DNA of 64,000 nucleotides from Raja brachyura (GCA_963514005.1 OY740806.1:5146001-5210000), one strand, 5' to 3'. Counted from the stretch's first letter, positions 1-13,064 are shown. Numbers and translations: made by a program. Notes: a model not told the origin generated them from the sequence alone.

Positions 1-115
1 AGGGGTATGGTCTGAGTGCAGGTAGATGGGACTAGGGGAAAATAAATGGTTGGCACGGACTAGAAAGGCCAAGAAGGCCTGTTTCTGTGCTGTAATTGTT
101 ATATGGTTATATGGT
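1..115 (+). mobile_element. CR1 LINE 3' tail fragment
   Basis: Same tail (GGTCTGAGTGCAGGTAGATGGGACTAG...GGTTATAT repeats) as copies at about 6181, 22010, 35600 and 37560. Confidence 0.8.
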
Positions 116-820
116 TAAACAGCAGTGGACTCAGGACACAGCCCTGAGGGGAGCCGGTGCTCAGAGAGATTATGTTAGAGGTCTTATTTCCAACCCTCAC
201 AGACTGGGGTCTGTCAGTGAGGAAGTCCAGTAGCCAGTTACACACGGGGGTGCTGAGGCCCAATGGAACCAGTTTGCTTATCAGGTGCTGAGGGATAATT
301 GTGTTGAATGCTGAACTAAAATCCACAAACAACATTCGCACATCTTCTCTAGATGTTCCAGGCTCAGTCCAGAGGATATAGCGTCCTGTGTGGAGCGGTT
401 TGGCCTGTAAACAAACTGATATGGGTCAAGTGTGGAGGGGAGTCTGGAGGTAATATGGTCTCTGACCAGCCTCTCGAAGCACTTCATCATTATGGGAGTG
501 AGTGCTACAGGGTGGTAGTTGTTGAGACATTGTATATTGGATTTTTGGTATGATGGTGGCAGTCTTGAAACATAATGGGACGACAGCCTGGTTCAGCGAG
601 GTGTTAAATATGTCCGTAAGAACATGTGCCAGCTGATTAGCCCATTCCCTGAGCACCCGCCCTGGTATGTTATCAGGGCCTGCCGCCTTCCGTGCGTTCA
701 CTCCTTTTAGGGACCTTCGGCCATCCACTATGTCAAGACTGAGTGCCTGTGCATCACAGTGAGGAATACCTTTACTTGCAGGTGTGTTATTTAATGCCTC
801 GAACCATCCAAAATAGTTAA
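116..820 (-). mobile_element. Rex1/Babar-type LINE RT fragment (frameshifted)
   Basis: ORF pieces [47 protein letters not shown]; closely similar to the 31.7-33.1 kb copy. Confidence 0.85.
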
Positions 821-859
821 ACCCTATCCAGTTAAACCCTGACCGGCCTCAGATCAATA

Positions 860-1300
860 CTGATCCCCAATCATCAGTTAGAGTGAACCAAATTATCAAA
901 CAATGTAAAGAAACGTATTTGGAACATTGGGATAAAGAAACCAAAAGCCAAAGCAGATTAGAATGTTACCGTGCTCTAAAAAGAAATTATAAATTGGCAG
1001 ACTATCTCTCGACTGTTAGAGACATAAAGCAGAGACAGACGCTCACCAAATACAGGTTAAGTGACCACTATTTGGCAGTTGAAAAGGGAAGACAGAAGAG
1101 ATTCTGGCAACCAAGAGAAAATAGAATATGCGGCCACTTTTTGACAGATGAGGTTGAAACAGAGGTGCACTTCCTCCTAAAATGCAAAAAAAATTGACAA
1201 AACAAGGAAACCTTACTTTGACAAACTCGGTCAGGCAACCCCTGATTTTAAAGAACCAGATGATATATCAAAACTAAGAATAATCCTTGGTGAAGGAAAT
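860..1300 (+). mobile_element. Non-LTR retrotransposon ORF2 C-terminal (Cys/His knuckle) fragment
   Basis: YLSTVRD...LTKYRLSDHYLAVEKGR...RICxx...ETEVHFLLKC, a typical LINE C-terminal motif; clade not determined. Confidence 0.65.
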
Positions 1301-1304
1301 ACGT

Positions 1305-1912
1305 AGAGACATAGAAAAATAGGTGCAGGAGTAGGCCATTCGGCCCTTCGAGCCTGCATCGCCATTCAATATGATCATGGCTGATCATCCAACTCAGTAT
1401 CCCGTACCTGCCTTCTCTCCATACCCTCTGATCCCCTCAGCCACAAGGGCCACATCTAACTCCCTCTTAAATATAGCCAATGAACTGGCCTCAACTACTC
1501 TCTGTGGCAGAGAGTTCCACAGACCCACCACTCTCTGTGTGAAAAAAGTCCTTCTCGGTCCTAAAGGATTTCCCCCTTATCCATAAGCTGTGACCCCTTG
1601 TCCTGGACCTCCCCAACATCGTGAACAATCTTCCTGCATCTAACCTGTCCAACCCCTTAAGAATTTTGTAAGTTTCTATAAGATCCCCTCTCAATCTCCT
1701 AAATTCTAGAGAGTATAAACCATGTCGATCCAGTCTTTCTTCATAAGACAGTCCTGACATCCCAGGAACCAGTCTGGTGAACCTTCTCTGCACTCCCTCT
1801 ATGGCAATAATGTCCTTCGTCAGATTTGGAGACCAGAACTGTACGCAATACTCCAGGTGTGGTCTCACCAAGACCCTATACAACTGAAGTAGAACCTCCC
1901 TGCTCCTATACT
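1305..1912 (-). mobile_element. CR1 LINE 3' fragment
   Basis: [19 protein letters not shown]...RLRGDLIETYK...RTRGH; TTTCTATG-type tail. Confidence 0.9.
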
Positions 1913-2464
1913 GAATACGGCACATCTTGGTGCACAATACGTAACAGCATGCCATAACCTGAGAGACGGTGAATGACCAATATGCACATATGCACGCACA
2001 CACTAATTGACATTAACTGACACTAAGAAATTAATATAGAATTGCGAAACTTGCTATTCTGTTGTACTGCTTACAGCAGCAAGAACGTGCAGCATCAATA
2101 AAGGGCTATAGGCCTATTGCGAGTTTATGAACAGGGACATATCTATCCATGCACTGTATACTTGTATTTATACTCATGCATTTTAAATATGTATGTCATG
2201 TTTTATACTTTTGCAATATAATGATGTATTTCATCATGCCAATATAGGTTTTAAATTGAAACAAAAAGTTGAAAATTGAGAGAGGGAGACAGACAGTCAC
2301 ACTCACAGACAGTCATTGAAAGAGAACGACAGTGAGAAAGAGAGAGAGGGAACACCTATGCCTCCCACCCCTCACTCTCTTTCTCTATCTTCTCGCCCCT
2401 CCTCTCGCTCTCCCCTCTCCTCTTCCCCCCATCTATCTCTCTATCCCGACGCCTCTCTCATCTC

Positions 2465-5400
2465 CAGGGCCGGATTTACGTATAACCCAGCCAAGCTTAA
2501 GCTTAGGGCCTCGAGATCTAGGGGGGCCTATGCTTGCTCCACCAAGGTGTGTTAAACTTTTGAGATTGAGGCGTAGTTACAAACCCTACCATCGGTGGCG
2601 CTGTGCTTGCGATTTCGGAGGCTTTGGGGGGGGGGGTGATTAAAATGCAGGTGAGGTCTATATTCATTGTGGAGAGGAATTTGCTCCACAGATCCTTGGA
2701 AGTGCAGGACAACGGAAAAGGTATGTAGTTTATTTAACCCTTTTCCCTCGCGGCCGCACGGGGGCCTTCCCAATTCGCCACCACGCCTGGGGCGGACTCG
2801 CCTCGCCGCCCCACAGGACCCGACGAACTTCGCCGCCCCATCAACCATCGTCCCACCGGGACCTCCCACGCTTTGATTGCCACTCCACCGCCCTCCAGCA
2901 GCTAGCAGCCGTCGCCTTACCTGCAGCCTGGACTCATCACTGGCCCTGAAGTTTCCACCAAATATACTAGAGGAGCTCCTGTAGTATCTTTGGTTTCTAC
3001 GCTGCAGATTCCTACTCCGCTGGGTTTGACTCCGCTGGGTCCTGATGCTATTCCCCTCAACTCAGGTAACCTCAGTGGCTGTTCCACTGGGTCTTCCCCA
3101 TTCCCCTCAAACCATGTGACCCCAGCTCTTCCCCACCCACACTACAGTCCTCACACCGCCCTGACCACCCACCACCAGACATCGCCTCGGCCTCAGCACA
3201 CTCACCTGCCTCACCAACCCCCATCCCTGCTGTGTGTTCACCAACCCCCCTGAGCTCCCGCTCTCAGATACCGAACGTTTTTTCTACAGCAGAGGGCACA
3301 CCTTTGTCCCTTCCACTGGCCGATGATTAGTAAAGTTTTGAATTGGTCTACCTAACTGCTTTGTGAGTTGTCTGTTTATAAAGAAGTGAACCTGTTTCTT
3401 TAGTTATATGTTTGCCTTTTTCAAGCAGATTTGATTCAGGTTTTGCAATATAATTATCAATAAGGAACAATTCTTTAAGAAATATTTCCCAACTATTACA
3501 CAGATGTTTTTTTCTTCACTCAAGTGCACTGCATTTTGTGACAATGCCCATTCATGTTCCCTTTCTAACATCTGTTGCTAAGTCTTTTTATTTTCAGATT
3601 CTAATCTGAGCATGAGTAAAAAAGTTGAAAGTGGTGACAGCAAAAGCACAAGAGAAAGAGACTTGAAAATGATACGGTAAAGAAGTTTTCTTGTGTCAGA
3701 CACTGACAGAGGCAACAAGTGCCAGTGGTGAAGCAGATACATTGATAATAACACAAGGAAATCAGTCTGGTGGAGCTATCCAGCCATCTACTAGCAATCA
3801 ACCAGAAGAAAACCTCCCTGAAACAGAACCAGCGAAGCAAGTTGGAACAGCAAGCTGAATATGAGGAAGCAGCCATGATGCCGGCTCAAAATGAAAATAT
3901 AGAACTGATTGATGATGCCAAATATAGATGTATTGCAACAGACGTTGGTTTGTCGACAGAATTATCACATGAGGACATATCCTATTGGCCCCTCTCAAGT
4001 TCAGCATCATGGTGGACCATTTTCAAATTCCAAGCGAGTGTATAAAAATCAGTCTAGGTTTTGCACCAAGGCTCTTTTTTATTCAACAAAAGTCAATGGA
4101 GAAACATATAGCCGAGAGTAGCTTGTGTATTCTCCCTCAAAAGGCCGGATATATTGCTTTGTTTGTAAACTCTTTCCAAACATTGCATCTTATTCTTCTG
4201 CTACATCTTTAGCTTCAGAAGGGTTTGATGATTGGCAAAACCCCTACCTTATCCAAACTCATGACAACTCAGAGAAGCACAGGAAATGCCATGTTGACCT
4301 ACTTAACAAGAAAGCGAGAGCAAATGTTAACTTCAAAGCTACAGGAACAAATAAAAGCAGAGCAGCAGTACTGGCGGCATGTAATGAAGCGAATTATCAC
4401 CGTAATGATTCAACTCATGGCAAAAAAAAGTTAAGGATGCAATTCTGGCTGACTTGAAAAAGGCTGGATATTTCAGCCTGTCAGTGGATTCCACCCCTGA
4501 CATTTCACATACTGATCAGTTGACTTTAATTATCAGATATGTATCACCTGAAGACGGCTTACCAAGTGAGAGGTTTTTAACTTTCCTTGAGCTAAAAGAC
4601 CACTCAAGAGAAAGCATGGCTGATTTTGTGTTTAACTATCTCATCACTGAGCTTGAAATTGAATTTAGAAAATGCCGAGGGCAGTCTTATGACAATGCTG
4701 CCAACATGACTGGTAGGTACAAGGGTAAGCAGCAAAAAATCATTGAAAAAAACAAATTTGCAAGATTTATTCCATGCACTGCTCACTCATTAAATTTGGT
4801 GGGCCGTTCGGCTGTTGATTGCTGCCTTGATGCAGTGAACTGTTTTGGAATTATGAATGAAATTTATACCTTCTTTTCATCCTCCACAAAGAGATGGGCA
4901 GTTCTACAATCATTTTTGCATCCTCAGTCAAGAAGTGAACCTGTTTGTTTAGTTATGTTAGCCTTTTTCAAGCAGATTTGATTCAGATTTGAATCAATTT
5001 TGTCAGACACTAGGTGGGAGGCACATGCAAAAGCCACAGAAGCTATTTTGGAAAGTTACAGCGCTATCACTGATGCCCTCAGTCATTTGTACTCTGACGT
5101 TAATGTGAAGGGTGATACCAAGCTAAGCTAACAATCTTTTGCAGAAAATGGGAGAACTGGAATTTGTGTTTATGCTGCATTTTTGGACCCGTCTGCTATG
5201 TCATTTCCACAAGGTCAACAGCCATTGAGAAATCCAAACTGCTATTGGGTACTTGTGCAAGTTTGTACAGTTCACTTCAGGATTTTGTAAGCAAAATTAG
5301 AGAAGATTTTGATGAGCTTGAGCAACAAGCAAAGGCCACCTTGCCAGATATTAACTACAGAACTGTCACAGGGAGACAAAGAGTAAGGAAACGGCAATGA

Positions 5401-6180
5401 AATGATGGAAGTGCACCTGGTCTTGATGCTTTAGATAAACTCTCTTCAAGAGATAAGTTTTGGATAAAATCCTTTATTCCTATACTAGATGCACTTGAAA
5501 CCAATTTAAAAAGAAGAGGTACTGTGTACAGTGAAGTTGTACAAAAGTTTTCCTTTCTTGCTAATCTGACCGCATCTAAGCAAGAAATTCAGCAAGGTGT
5601 TGAACTGTTGATGGAGCAAACCCAGACGATGCTGACCTGAAACTTACTGATGAACTTTTGCACTTTCACTCGTACGTGAGACAAAGCCATAGGCCTACCG
5701 AAGAGCACTCTCTGTCTCATACAGACCATTTATCAAATAATATACAAGGAAACAATTCAGATGGCCCTCCCTAATGTGGAAGCAATCTAGCGGCTGTTTC
5801 TTAGCTTAATGGTCACTAACTGCTCGGGAGAGAGGTCTTTTTCAAGACTCAAAAGACTTAAAAAGGAATTAAGGTACATAATGTCTCAAGAGAGGTTGTC
5901 TACACTGAGCATTCTGTGCATTGAGAGTGACGAACCTAGACAAACAGATTTTGGTGAACGTCTGGATGATTTTGCTATGAAGAAGGCAAGAAAAAAGCAT
6001 TTTTACTCTTAGTGTATTTGTAGTTTCTTTATTTCTTAATATTCCACATTCAATTCAAGAGACACTTATTGTCACATGCACAATTGGTACAATGAAATTT
6101 GGGGTCACTATCCGACGTCGCAACGTGAGAACATTCTCAGCGGCTTGGACTTCCGAATCGGCCACTTCCTACCGGAGACC
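2465..6180 (+). mobile_element. hAT DNA transposon with decayed transposase (about 3770-6012); 3' end interrupted by CR1
   Basis: 5' end CAGGGCCGGATTT. Transposase fragments YCFVCKLF, FSLSVDSTPDISHTDQL, CRGQSYDNAANM, CxAHSLNLV, LSDTRWE and the dimerization motif SGERSFSRLKRLK. Many stops and frameshifts. Confidence 0.85.
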
Positions 6181-8490
6181 ATATAACCATATAATAACCA
6201 TATAACAATTACAGCACGGAAACAGGCCTTCTCGGCCCTTCCAGTCCGTGCCGACCATTTATTTTCCCCTAGTCCCATCTACCTGCACTCAGACCATACC
6301 CCTCCATTCCCTTCCCGTCCATATACCTATCCACTTTACTTTTAAATGTTAAAATCGATCCTGCCTCCACCACTTCTGCAGGAAGATCATTCCACACAGC
6401 CACCACTCTCTGAGTAAAGAAGTTCCCCCTCATGTTACCCCTAAACTTCTGTCCCTTAATTCTCATGTCATGCCCTCTTGTTTGAATCTTTCCTACCCTC
6501 AATGGGAAAAGCTTATCCACGTCAACTCTGTCTATCCCTTTCATCATTTTAAACACCTCAATCAAGTCCCCCCCTTAACCTTCTGCACTCCAAAGTATAA
6601 AGACCTAATTTGTTCAACCTTTCTCTGTAACTTAGTTGCTGGAACCCCGGCAACATTCTAGTAAATCTCCTATGTACTCTCTCTATTTTGTTGACATCCT
6701 TCCTATAATTAGGCGACCAAAATTGTACACCACACTCCAGAATTGGTCTCACCAATGCCTTGTACAATTTTAACATTACTTCCCTACTCCTATATTCAAT
6801 GCTCTGATTTATAAAGGCCAGCACACTAAAAGCTTTCTTTACCACCCTATCTAAATGCGATTCCACCTTCAGGGAACTATGCACAGTTATTCCTAGATCC
6901 CTCTGTTCCACAGCCTTCCTCAATTCCCTACCATTTACCATGTACGTCCTATTTTGATTTGTCCTGCCAAGATGTAGCACCTCACACTTATCAGCATTAA
7001 ACTCCATCTGCCATCTTTCAGCCCACTCTTCCAAATGGCCCAAATCTCTCTGTAGACTTTGAAAATCTACTTCATTATCCACAGCACCACCTATCTTAGT
7101 ATCATCTGCATACTTACTTATCCAATTTTCCACCCCATCATCTAGATCATTGATGTACATGACAAACAACAGTGGATCCAACACAGATCCCTGAGGCACC
7201 CCACTGGTCACCGGCTTCCAACCTGACAAACAGCCATCCACCATTACTCTCTGGCATCTCCCATTCAGCTACTGTTAAATCCATCTTGCTACTCCGCCAT
7301 TAACACCCAAAGATTGAACCTTCTTAACCAACCTTCCATGGGGAACGTGTCAAAGGCTTTACTGAAATCCATATAGACAACATCCACTGCTTTACCCTCA
7401 TCAATTTCCCTAGTAACCTCTTCAAAAAATTCAAGAAGGTTTGTCAAACATGACCTTCCAGGCACAAATCCATGTTGACTGTTCTTGATCAGACCCTGTT
7501 TATCCAGATGCTTATATATATTATCTCTAAGTATCCTTTCCATTAATTTGCCCACCACTGACGTCAAACTAACAGGTCTATAATTGCTAGGTTTATTCTT
7601 TGAACCCTTTTTAAACAATGGAACAACATGCGCAGTACGCCAATCCTCCGGTACTATTCCCGTTTCTAATGACATTTGAAATATTTCTGTCGTAGCCCCT
7701 GCTATTTCTACACTAACTTCCCCCAATGTCCTAGGGAATATCCTGTCAGGACCTGGAGACTTATCCACTTTTATATTTTTCAAAAGTGTCAGTACTTCCT
7801 CCTCTTTGAATCTCATAGTTTCCATAGCTACTCTACTTTTTTCCCTTACCTCACAGAGTTCAATATCCTTCTCCTTGGTGAATACCGAAGAAAAGAAATT
7901 GTTTAATATCTCCCCCATCTCTTTTGGCTCTGCAGATAGCTGTCCATTCTGGCTCTCTAATGGTCCAATTTTATCCCTCATTATCCTTTTGCTATTAATA
8001 TACCTGAAGAAACCCTTTGGATTTACTTTCACCTTTCTTGCCAAAGCAACCTCATATCTTCTTTTAGCTTTTCTTATTTCTTTCTTAAGATTCTTTTTAC
8101 ATTTGTTATACTCATCTAGCACCTCATTTACTCCATACCTCTTATAATTATTGTAGATAGCTCTCTTTTTTCAAACCAAGTGTCCAATTTCCCTTGAAAA
8201 CCATGGCTCTTTCCGATTTTTACTATTTCCTTGCAACTGAACAGGGACATAAAGATTCTTTACTCTTACAATTTCCCCTTTAAATGTCCTCCATTTCTCT
8301 TCTACATCCTTCCAATAAAACAAAATGTCCCAATTCACTCCTTTTAAATCATTACGCATTCCCTCAAAGTTAGCCTTTCTCCAATCAAAAATCTCAACCC
8401 TAGGTTCAGTTCTGACTCTCTCCATAATTATATTGCAACTAATGGTATTGTGATCACTGGTCCCGAAGTGCTCACCAACGCATGCCTCCA
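6181..8490 (-). mobile_element. CR1 LINE, 5'-truncated ORF2 (RT) with 3' tail
   Basis: ORFs 8171-8494, 7289-8122, 6558-7244 (GVPQGSVL, YADD), 6269-6565. Confidence 0.92.
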
Positions 8491-8499
8491 TCACCTGAC

Positions 8500-9380
8500 C
8501 TGCCTATCTAGCTCTCTCTTGAAAGCATCCCGAGAACCGGCCTCCACTGCCCTCTGAGGCAGAGAATGCCACAGACTCACAACTCTCTGTGAGAAAAAGT
8601 GTTTCCTCGTCTCTGTTCTAATAGTTTTACCCCTTATTCTTAAACTGTGGCCCATGGTTCTAGACTCCCCTAACATTGGGAACAGGTTCCTGCCTCTGGC
8701 GTATCCAAACCCTTAATCATTTTATATGTTTCAATAAGATACCTCTCATCCTTCTAAACTCCTGAGTATACAGGTCCAGCTGCTCCATTCTCTCAGCACA
8801 TGACAGTCCCGCTATCCCGGGAATTAACCTTGCTGTATCTCTAAATCTTTACTTTAGTTCAATTTAGAGATCAGCGTGGAAACAGACCATTCGGCCCAAC
8901 GGGTTCATGCAGGCCAGTGAAAAGATTTACGAGGATGTTGCCAGGACTAGAGGGTGTGAGCTATAGGGAAAGGTTGTGTAAGCCTGGTCTCTATTCAATG
9001 GTGCGCAGGAGGATGAGGTGAGATCTTATAGAGGTGTATAAAATAATGAGAGGATTAGATCGGTTAAATGCACAGTCTCTTGCCCAGAGTAGGGGAATCG
9101 AGGACCAGAGGACATAGGTTCAAGGTGAAGGGGAAAAGATTTAATAGGAATCTGAGGAGTAACTTTTTCACACAGAGGGTGGTGGATGTATGGAACAATC
9201 TGCCAGAAGAGGCAGTTAAGGCTGGGACAATCCCAACGTTTAAGAAAAAGTTGGACAGGTACATGGATAGGACAGGTTTGGAGGGATAGAGACCAAGCGC
9301 GGCGGGCAAGTGGGACTAGTGTAGCTGGAACATTGTTGGCCGGTGTGGGCGAGTTGGGCCGAAAGGCCTGTTTCCACACT
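8500..9380. mobile_element. Cluster of CR1 3' fragments (minus about 8500-8830; plus about 8920-9380)
   Basis: SRTRGH...FFTQRVV..WN.LP C-terminal motif on both strands. Confidence 0.8.
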
Positions 9381-9799
9381 TCATTTCACCACTGTTACAC
9401 TTGGACTATCCAGCAAACATACAAAGCCAATTAACCTACATACCTGTGAAGGCACCAGCAACGCTCCAGCCCTCCCTGCAACTTTATCCCTGGCCAGACT
9501 ACCCACATGCTCCCCAGCAGCGCTGTCCTTTTACAGCCGCTTCCCATCAGCTGCTAGCAATGAGGGATAGACTTGGCTATCCCTCAGTACAACAGCATTG
9601 TTCTTGATATAGCTGTACTGAGGGATATCAAAGTCTATCTTTCTTGGCTAGCAACCTAACCTTCGGCCTCCAAGATACAGGTACATTTTCTAGCAATGTT
9701 ACAAAATTTTGAGATTTTGAAAATGAAGTTGCAATTTATCCCATCAGATAAAGCATAAAAAGAAGTTTAATTTGACACCTAATTCACTTTCATATCACA

Positions 9800-10395
9800 T
9801 TCATTCAATGTGATCATGGCTGATCATCCACAATTAGTACCCCGTTCCTGCCTTCTCCCCATATCCCCTTCTCCCCATATCCCCTAACTCCACTATTTTT
9901 AAGAACCCTATCTAGCTCTTGAAAGCATCCAGAGAACCGGCCTCCACCACCCTCTGAGGCAGAGAATTCCACAGACTCACAATTCCCCGTGAGAAGAAGT
10001 GTTTCTTCGTCTCCGTTCTAAATGGCTTACTCCTTATTCTTAAACTGTGGCCCCTGGTTCTGGACTCCTCCAACATCGGGAACATGTTTCCTGCCTCTAG
10101 CGTGTCCAAGCCCTTAACAATCTTATATGCTTCAATGAGATCCCCTCTCATCCTTCTAAACTCCAGAGTGTACAAGCCCAGCTGCTTCATTCTCTCAGCA
10201 TATGACAGTTCTGCCATCCCGGGAACTAACCTACGCTGGGCTCCCTCAATAGCAAGAATGTCCTTCCTCAAATTAGGGGACCAAAACTGCACACAATACT
10301 CCAGGTGTGGTCTCACTAGAACTCTGTACAACTGCAGAAGGACCTCTTTGCTCCTATACTCGATTCCTCTTGTTATAAAGATCAACATGCCATTT
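9800..10395 (-). mobile_element. CR1 LINE 3' fragment
   Basis: ORF 9912..10514 with [13 protein letters not shown]. Confidence 0.88.
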
Positions 10396-10991
10396 CTCAG
10401 CGCTAACGGCAGGTACGCGGGAAACATGGTAACTCGTGAAGATTTTTCATCATGTTGAAAAATGTCCACGAGTAAAATATACTCAGGATGTACAAATTTG
10501 ATGCTTTTTAACATGTTGTCATACCGTAGTAGCTCATGAATTTACTGTAGTAGGACCTGGTGTCCTATATCACTATTGTATGTTCATGATGGAATAAGAA
10601 TCCTCTGTATATTCATTACCTTTGAATTGTAGTTTTATGTAATCCTCCCACAATTTCTGAGTTCCATTTCACAATATCTATCAGACGTACAGAATGTTGC
10701 AAGGTAATATCTTGCCCAAACTCAGTGCATCTTGCTATCTCAATAAATATCACAAAATATGCCATTGTTTCAGCCACATGATGACAAAATATAGAATGTA
10801 GGTTATTTGTTATCAGTCACCCCATCCCAGAAACAACAGTACTTAAAGAAGAACATGTACCATACAGAGTCCGTTGATCCATATCCAACAAGCTGTTGTG
10901 ATGATTGCATAAAAGGTATTATTGTCTAAGAAATTTGGTGTGGAATGATAATCCATCTCAGTACTCATTTAGGCAAGTCCCAAGCTATAGA

Positions 10992-13064
10992 GTTAAAGAA
11001 GGAACTGCAGATGCTGGAGAATCGAGGTGTTAAAGAAAGGTATCTGCTCCCAGGATGACGTGTTCCACACCAGGTCATCGCAAATGTCCTCGTTCTTCAG
11101 AGAACGGGGTTTCCCCTCCCCCACTATCGATGAGGCTCGCACCAGGGTCTCCTCCATACCCCGCAACACTGCCCTCTCTCCCCATTCCCCCACTCACAAC
11201 AAGGGCCGAGTCCCCCTGGTCCTCACCTTTCACCCCACCAGCCAGCGCATACAACAGATAGTCCTCCGCCAGTTTCGCCACCTCCAACGTGACCCCTCCA
11301 CTCGCCACATCTTCCCATCTCCCCCCCTATCTGCCTTCCGCAAAGACCGCTCCCTCCGCAACTCCCTCGTCAATTCTTCCCTTCCCTCCTGCTCCACTCC
11401 TTCCCCGGGCACTTTCCCTTGCAACCGCAAGAGATGCTACACTTGTTCCTTCACCTCCCCCATCCACTCCTTTCAGGGACCCAAGCAGTCATTCCAAGTC
11501 CGACAGAGGTTCACCTGCACCTCCTCCAACCTCGTCTACTGCATCCGTTGCTCCAGATGCCAGCTAATCTACATCGGTGAGACCAAGCGGAGGCTGGGCG
11601 ATCGTTTCGCCGAACACCTCCGCTCGGTCCGCAATAACCAACCCGACCTCCCGGTGGCTCAGCACTTCAACTCCCCCTCCCACTCCGTATCCGACCTCTC
11701 GGTCCTGGGCCTCCTCCATGGCCAGAGTGAACAACACCGCAAGTTTGAGGAACAACATCTCATATTCCGCTTGGGGAGTCTGCATCCTCTGGGCTTAAAC
11801 ATTGAATTTTCTCAATTCTGTTAACCCAGACTGCTCCTTTCCCCCCACCCCCCCACCTCTCCCTCAGCCCTCGGGCCCTGACATTCCTTCTCCATCTCCC
11901 CCCCCCCCCCCCCCAAGTCGCACTAGCTTCTCATTTTCACACCAGAAACAGCTTACAATGGCCTGCTTTCCTTATCACCAATACTTTTTTGCATATCTTT
12001 CACTCATTGTTCTTGCTTTATCTCTCCATATCACTGTTTATATCTCTCGTTTCCCTGATCCTTGACCAGTCTGAAGAAGGGTCTCGACCCGAAACGTCGC
12101 CTATCTCCTTCACTCCTTAGATGCTGCTGCACCCGCTGAGTTTCTCCAGCTTTTTGTGTAACCCTGGAGAATCGAGGGAGACCCTGGTGCGAGCCTCATC
12201 GATAGTGGGGGAGGGGAAACCCCGTTCTCTGAAGAACGAGGACATTTGCGATGACCTGGTGTGGAACATGTCATCCTGGGAGCAGATGCGGCGTAGTCGG
12301 AGGAATTGGGAATAGGGGATGGAGTCCTTACAGGAAGCAGGGTGGGAGGAAGAGTAGTCCAGGTAGCTATGGGAGTCAGTTGGTTTGTAGTGGATGTCAG
12401 TCAGGAGTGTGTCACCTGCAATAGAGATGGTGAGGTCAAGGAATGGTAGGGAAATGTCGGAAATGGTCCAAGTATATTTGAGTGCCGGATGGAAGTTGGT
12501 GGTGAAATGGATAAAGTCAGTCAGTTCTGCGTGGGTGCAGGAGGTGACACCAAAGCAGTCGTCAATGTAACGGAGGTAAAGGTCGGGGGTGGGGCCCTGG
12601 TACGTCGAGAACAAAGATTGTTCGACGTACCCGACAAAGAGGCAGGCGTAGCTAGGGCCCATGCGTGTGCCCATAGCTACGCCTTGTGTTTGGAGGAAAT
12701 GGGAGGAGTCAAAAGAGAAGTTGTTTAGGGTAAGGACCAACTCCGCTAGGCGGAGGAGGGTGTCAGTGGATGGGTATGGGTTGCTCCTCTGGTCGAGGAA
12801 GTACCGGAGGGCTTTGAGACCATCCTGGTGGGGGATGCAGGTGTATAGTGACTGGACGTCCATGGTGAAATGGGAGGAGTCAAAAGAGAAGTTGTTTAGG
12901 GTAAGGACCAACTCCGCTAGGCGGAGGAGGGTGTCAGTGGATGGGTATGGGTTGCTCCTCTGGTCGAGGAAATACCGGAGGGCTTTGAGACCATCCTGGT
13001 GGGGGATGCAGGTGTATAGTGACTGGACGTCCATGGTGAAATGGGAGGAGTCAATAAGAGAATA
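10992..13064. mobile_element. Penelope-like element composite: GIY-YIG endonuclease half on + (11027-11824) and RT half on - (12117-13034)
   Basis: NLVYCIRC..C...YIGETKR.L..RF.EH (GIY-YIG); MDVQSLYT, GVAMGT, YLRYIDD, FLDL (PLE RT). Flanked by 13-bp direct repeat CCCAAGCTATAGA (10979-10991, 13065-13077). Confidence 0.9.
12071..12098 (+). ncRNA. Minimal hammerhead ribozyme core in Penelope 3'/pLTR region
   Basis: CTGAAGA-A-GGGT(CTCG)ACCC-GAAACGTC: CUGANGA and GAAA core boxes around a 4-bp stem II, palindromic ACGT and GUC triplet. Stem I pairing is short and uncertain. Confidence 0.6.

Noticed and set aside
3770-6012. Functional domesticated ZMYM1/ZBED-like gene
   Set aside because: Numerous stops and frameshifts and an internal insertion indicate a dead hAT copy.
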